Positions 59,346 through 64,000 of a stretch of 64,000 nt of DNA are shown one piece after another; position 1 is the stretch's first letter, and each line of letters opens with the position of its first letter. This stretch comes from Cetorhinus maximus (taxonomy: Eukaryota): NCBI RefSeq assembly GCF_964194155.1, contig NC_135895.1, forward strand, positions 9,424,001-9,488,000, written 5' to 3'. The translations under genes and the position numbers were made by a program. The notes beneath the pieces are model-generated. The model did not search any database, was not told where the DNA came from, and was given only the letters and a program-made list of their open reading frames with translations.

Positions 59346-59539
59346 AACAGAATTTCCCCATCCAGCTTTCCTTCATTTACCATCAAAAGTGGGATTGCCT
59401 TCATTGATGGCACATCCTAATTCAACGTATCCTAGCAACAAGAGCGTTGAGTACAGCCACCGAGTCTGAAACTCTAAACTCTTGTCTCCCCGATCATCGT
59501 GAGACATTATGGAAATAGCAGTCAATAAACAGATATGCA

Positions 59540-60260
59540 TATTGCTGAAAAAGAGAGATGCTGTCGACGGCTTTTTGTCTTGCCCTCATCAGGACAGGTC
59601 TGCAAGAATACCAAACCTCAAAGGGAACAACAATTTATACTGCATGAGAAGAGGGTGCTGATCTGATGGCAAGTGGACTCTGATTGATAGGGGCATTGCC
59701 ATAGAGAATGCACCAATGAACAGTTAACCACCAAGCTTTTGTTTAAGTTCAAACCAGGCAATTCAACTTTGATTGGTCACGGCATTGCCATGGGGAATGA
59801 ACCAGGCAATGGCTGTCCCCCAAGCCTTTGCTTAGCTGGAAAAGGCGCAATGGATGGACATTGTCTACAATGTATGGGTATTCCAGTACCAGAGAATTCC
59901 CACTCGAAGTCAATGGGCCTTTGGCTGCTCTGTCAAATTTTCCATCTAGCCCGTGACGATTACTGCCATGGGCAGGGTAAGAAATCTCAGCCATTCCTTT
60001 TCTTTACAAAGGACAGGGCCCTGTGTGTGAATATATGTAGCTTCTAGCATGTGTAAGTGAGCCACACTGTGAGCCTGACTGATAATCTTAAATTGGTTGT
60101 CAGTATCATTCCCAGTACAATCAGGATTGTTTATTAAGTGCTGTCCAATTGGGGAATCACATCTCAAGTTGGACACTATGTTTCGAGTTTGTAAGCACAG
60201 GCTACTTGAGTACAACCAGTATTTTGCCTGTAGCGTACAGCTGAAGGACATATTATTTGA
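59540..60260 (-). mobile_element. Penelope-like family B 3' part with GIY-YIG C-terminus and terminal hammerhead (59561-59597)
   Basis: ORF 59946..60251 DSPIGQHLINNPDC...FKIISQA..HLHMLEATYIHTQGPVLCKEKE; minus strand ctgtc CTGATGA gggcaagac AAAA agccgtc gacag. Confidence 0.82.
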
Positions 60261-60607
60261 TACGATTCATAGATCCACACATGCCCAAAGTTATGTGGCT
60301 TTTCAAGTAGGTCAGCACCTTCCAGTCAAAATACTGTTGGGAAAACATATTAAGGAACAGAAGAGGGAGAGTTGAGAGTATAAGTTCTGAGAATATCTTT
60401 GCTGATAAACCACAGTATAAAATAACTTCAAATCTGAAGACAATATTAAATGAGAGAAGATGGATGTGCGTATGTTAGCACAAGGGAGGGTCTAAAAAGA
60501 GTTCAAATTTAACAAGGTTCAGTTGGCTACTGACTATGATACTGGACTAGCAATCCAGGGGTCACAAGTTCACATTCCACCATATCAAGTTTTATAAAAT
60601 TCAATTT

Positions 60608-62037
60608 CAGGATGTGGGCATCGCTGGCTGGGCCAGCATTTATTGCCCATCCCTAATTGCCCTTCAGAAGGTGATGATGAGCTGCCTTCTTGAACTGCTG
60701 CAGTCCCTGTGGAGTAGGTACACCCTCAGTGCTGTTAGGGAGGGAGTTCCAGGATTTTGACCCTGTGACAGTGAAGGAGTGGCAATATATTTTCAAGTCA
60801 GGATGGTGAGTGGCTTGGAGAGGAACTTGGAGGGTGGTGGTGTTCCCATGTGCCTGCTGCCCTTGCCCCTCTAGGTGGTAGCAGTCGTGGGTTTGGAAGG
60901 TGCTGTCTAAGGAGCCTTGGTGAGTTTCTGCAGTGCATCTTGTAGATGGTACTCACTGCTGCTACTGGGCGTCGGTGGTGGAGGGAGTGAATGTTCATGG
61001 AAGGGGTGTCAATCAAGCGGGGCTGCTTTGTCCTGGATGGTGTCAAGCTTCTTGAGTGTTGTGGGAGCTGCACTCATCCAGGCAAGTGGAGAGGATTCCA
61101 TCACACTCCTGACCTGTGCCTTGTAGATGGTGCTGGCTCTTTGAAAGAGATAGTCTTGTCCCCCTTGCCCTTTCCACATAGCCCTGCAAATGTTTCCTCT
61201 TCGAACATTTATCCAACTCCCTTTTCAAAGTTGTGACCGAATCAGCTTTCTCCACCCTTCAGGCAGAGCGTTCCAGCCTCCCCTGTCAAAGCTATTCATA
61301 ATTTTGAACACCACTATTAAATCTCCCATTAACGTTCTCTGCCCAAGGAGAACAAACCCAGCTTCTCAAGTCTCTCCATATAATTGGGGGGAGTCAGGAG
61401 GTGAGTTACTCGTCGCACAATTCCCAGCCTCTGACCTGCTCTTGTAGCCACAGTTAGTCCAGTTCAGTTTCTGGTCAATGGTAACCCCCAAGTTGTTGAT
61501 AGTGGGGGTTTCAGTGATGGTAATGCTGTTGAACGTCAAGGGATGATGGTTAGATCCTCTCTTGTTCGAGATGGTCATTGCCTGGCACTTGTGTGACATG
61601 AATGTTACTTGCCACTTGTCAGCCCAAGCCTGGATATTGTCCAGGTCTTGCTGCATTTGGATATGGACTGCTTCAGTATCTGAGGAGTCACGAATGGTGC
61701 TGAACATTGTGCAATCATCAGCGAACATCCCCACTTCTGACCTTCTGATGGAAGGAAGGTCATTGATGAAGCAACAGCTGAAGATGGTTGGGCGTAGGAC
61801 ATTACCCTGAGGAACTCCTGCAGTGATGCCCTGGAACTGAGATGATTGACCTCCAACAGCCACAACCATCTTCCTTTGTGCTAGGTATGATTCCAACCAG
61901 TGGAGAATTTTCTCCCTGATTCCCATTGACTTCAGTTTTGTTAGGGCTCCTTGATGACACACTCGGTCAAATGCGGCCTTGATGTCAGGGGCAGTCACTC
62001 TCACCTCACCTCGGGACTTCAGCTCTTTTGTCCATGT
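60608..62037 (-). mobile_element. LINE-B RT to 3' end, interrupted by a CR1 piece at ~61132-61383
   Basis: ORF 61366..62085 DIKAAFDRVCH...GVPQGNVLRPTIFSCCFINDLP..MFADDCT; complete tail. Confidence 0.93.
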
Positions 62038-62149
62038 TGCAAAACTGAATTCAGTAAAAATGGTAATTCCTGGACTGTGCCCCAAAAAATTACCATGGAA
62101 GTTACTGGATTCTTATTAAAAATCCAGCTGATTGACCTCAACACAGTCT

Positions 62150-62390
62150 GGCCTCCATGTGTCCAATTCTAGTGTCTCACTTTAGTAAGGCTGGTTAAAG
62201 CTTTGGAGAGAGCGCAGAGGAGATTTACTAAAATGGTACCGGGACTGGAGCCAGCACCATCTACAAGGCACCAAGTCAGGAGTGTGATGGAATATTCTCC
62301 ACTTGCCTGGATAGCTCTTCCAAAGCGCCAGCACAGGCACAATGATCTGAATGGCCTAATTCAGAGCTGCACTATTCTATGATTCTATGA
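62150..62390 (+). mobile_element. Rearranged CR1 3' fragment with an internal LINE-B-derived patch (62248-62312)
   Basis: VQF..SHFSK..KALERAQRRFTKMVPGL, then LINE-B sequence, then CR1 tail ccagcacaggcacaatg...ttctatgattctatga. Confidence 0.75.
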
Positions 62391-63589
62391 CTCCAATGTG
62401 ATTGACTCTTAATCCCCTCAGGCAAACTGGAATCGACACTAAACGCATGGTGCCTAAATCTTAAAAAAACCCCATTAAAATGCAGGAATGACGACCGGAA
62501 TTGAAATACCCTTTTCTATATTTGAAACAATGCAAAGCAACTTTCTATAGATTTGTGTGATGCTACTTTTGTCCATAAGTTATTGCATTTCACAGATATG
62601 TGGAGTGATCAAAATATTTTTGCAATGCAGGATTAGGTTTTTTTTTTAATTCTTTAATGGGACGTGGTTTACCAGTCTTTGTTTTAACAGAGAACATTAG
62701 TGGACAAATTGGGTTTTTGATAACAGTATTGTACCGTCCACAATTGTTTCTTTCTGCCCATTAACGCAGTGGGATTTTAATTTAGAATCCATTATTTTCT
62801 TGGAATGAAAATTGGTCACTTTCCTCAGCAGGCAGGCTTAATAGTCCACCAAATGAAAATTACCTCCATAATGTGCTCTTCACAAGAACGTACGGGCGCT
62901 GAAAAAGATCCTTGACGCCCAAAATACTATACTGCGTCTCGTACCAGTCTATTTTATTTTCAGCGTATTGCCACCTTAATTAAAATAAGCAATTGAAGGC
63001 CGCTTCATGCAGACATATTAACATGTTTAATACCAAGGACTTCCGAGTCTGCTTTACAATAAAATGTGTGTGAAAGCCCTCTTCAAAGTGGGCAGAGCGA
63101 GTTCAAACCTAGAGATGATCAGTGGTGGCCTAGCCCTCTCCGACCCCAGCGACAACAGCAAAAAAAAAAAAATCTCTTCATGAAAATCGTCAGATGCTGT
63201 TATAGAATTCATCTCAAAAGCTGTGAAAATGTCACATAAAGAATGGAAGAAAGCAAGCAGTCCCACATGCAAATGTCATTGAAAACGAAAGGGCCCCCAC
63301 TTTCAAGCACACAGTCAGCGTACCAATGTGCTTTTGTCCAATTGTTTCAGTATATCATTTATCTGTGCTATTTTGAAGTTGGAGTCCTATTACTAAAATC
63401 TCCTTTTTGCATTCTTCCCTTAATTTTCCTTCCCGTTAGACAAGTTGCCGAGGGATTCATACACAAATTAGTTCCCATCGCATTCAATAGGATTGGGGCA
63501 CTGTCTGTCACTCCCTTTCTTTATTCTATTTCTTAGTACATGGGCACCGCTTGTAGGACCACATATACTGCCGTCCATAAGGAACAAAA

Positions 63590-64000
63590 AAGGTGCAATT
63601 ACGTTGCTCGGTTTAGTCTATAGGCCGCCACCAGTGGGAAAGATGTAGAGGTACAAATTTGCAAGGAAATTACTGATAAGTGCAAGAATTATAAAATGGT
63701 TATAACGTGGGACTTTAATTATCCAAATACAGACTGGGATAGTAGCAGTGTAAAGGGCAGAGGGGCAAGAGTTCCATGAGTGTGCTCAGGAGAAATTTCT
63801 ACAATTGTATGTTTCCAGTTCAATGAGAAAGGAGGCATTGCTGAACCTCGTTCTTTGGAATGAGGTGGGCCAAGTGAATCAAGCATCAGTAGGGGTACAT
63901 TTAGGTGACAGTGATCATCGTAAATGAGGTTTCGGTTGGCTATGGAAAAGGACAAGGGACAATCCAGAGTAAGAATAATTAACTGGGGAAAGCCAGCTTC
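63590..64000 (+). mobile_element. CR1-A ORF2 AP-endonuclease fragment (runs off the window)
   Basis: VYRPP, QICKEITDKCKNYKMVITWDFNYPNTDW (GDFN-like motif), HLGDSDH. Confidence 0.85.

Noticed and set aside
61366-62085. 239-aa RT ORF as a retron, DGR or domesticated RT
   Set aside because: It is a partial LINE-B RT, chimeric at both ends, with decayed paralogues nearby.

Overview
Repeat-dense vertebrate genomic DNA. The repeat repertoire (vertebrate CR1 LINEs, a Deu-domain SINE resembling SacSINE1, Penelope-like elements) points to a cartilaginous fish, probably a shark; this is an inference. I recognise no host protein-coding gene, rRNA, true tRNA gene or CRISPR array, and the long ORFs in the track are decayed retroelement or low-complexity frames. 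Contents: (i) many fragments of a canonical CR1 LINE ('CR1-A'); (ii) a second APE+RT LINE ('LINE-B'); (iii) SacSINE1-like SINEs with L2 partners; (iv) two Penelope-like families carrying minimal hammerhead-ribozyme motifs; (v) GC-rich PIF/Harbinger-like MITEs and a hAT MITE; (vi) unique AT-rich islands that may be conserved non-coding elements. The most interesting signal is LINE-B. Its longest copy (9645-12322, minus) starts with a tRNA-Thr-like Pol III head that runs almost directly into the endonuclease domain, leaves no room for ORF1 and has almost no sense-strand TTTT. The local 'SINE-B' copies look like internal deletions of it with at least three different junctions. All coordinates and alignments were read by eye and repeat boundaries are approximate.
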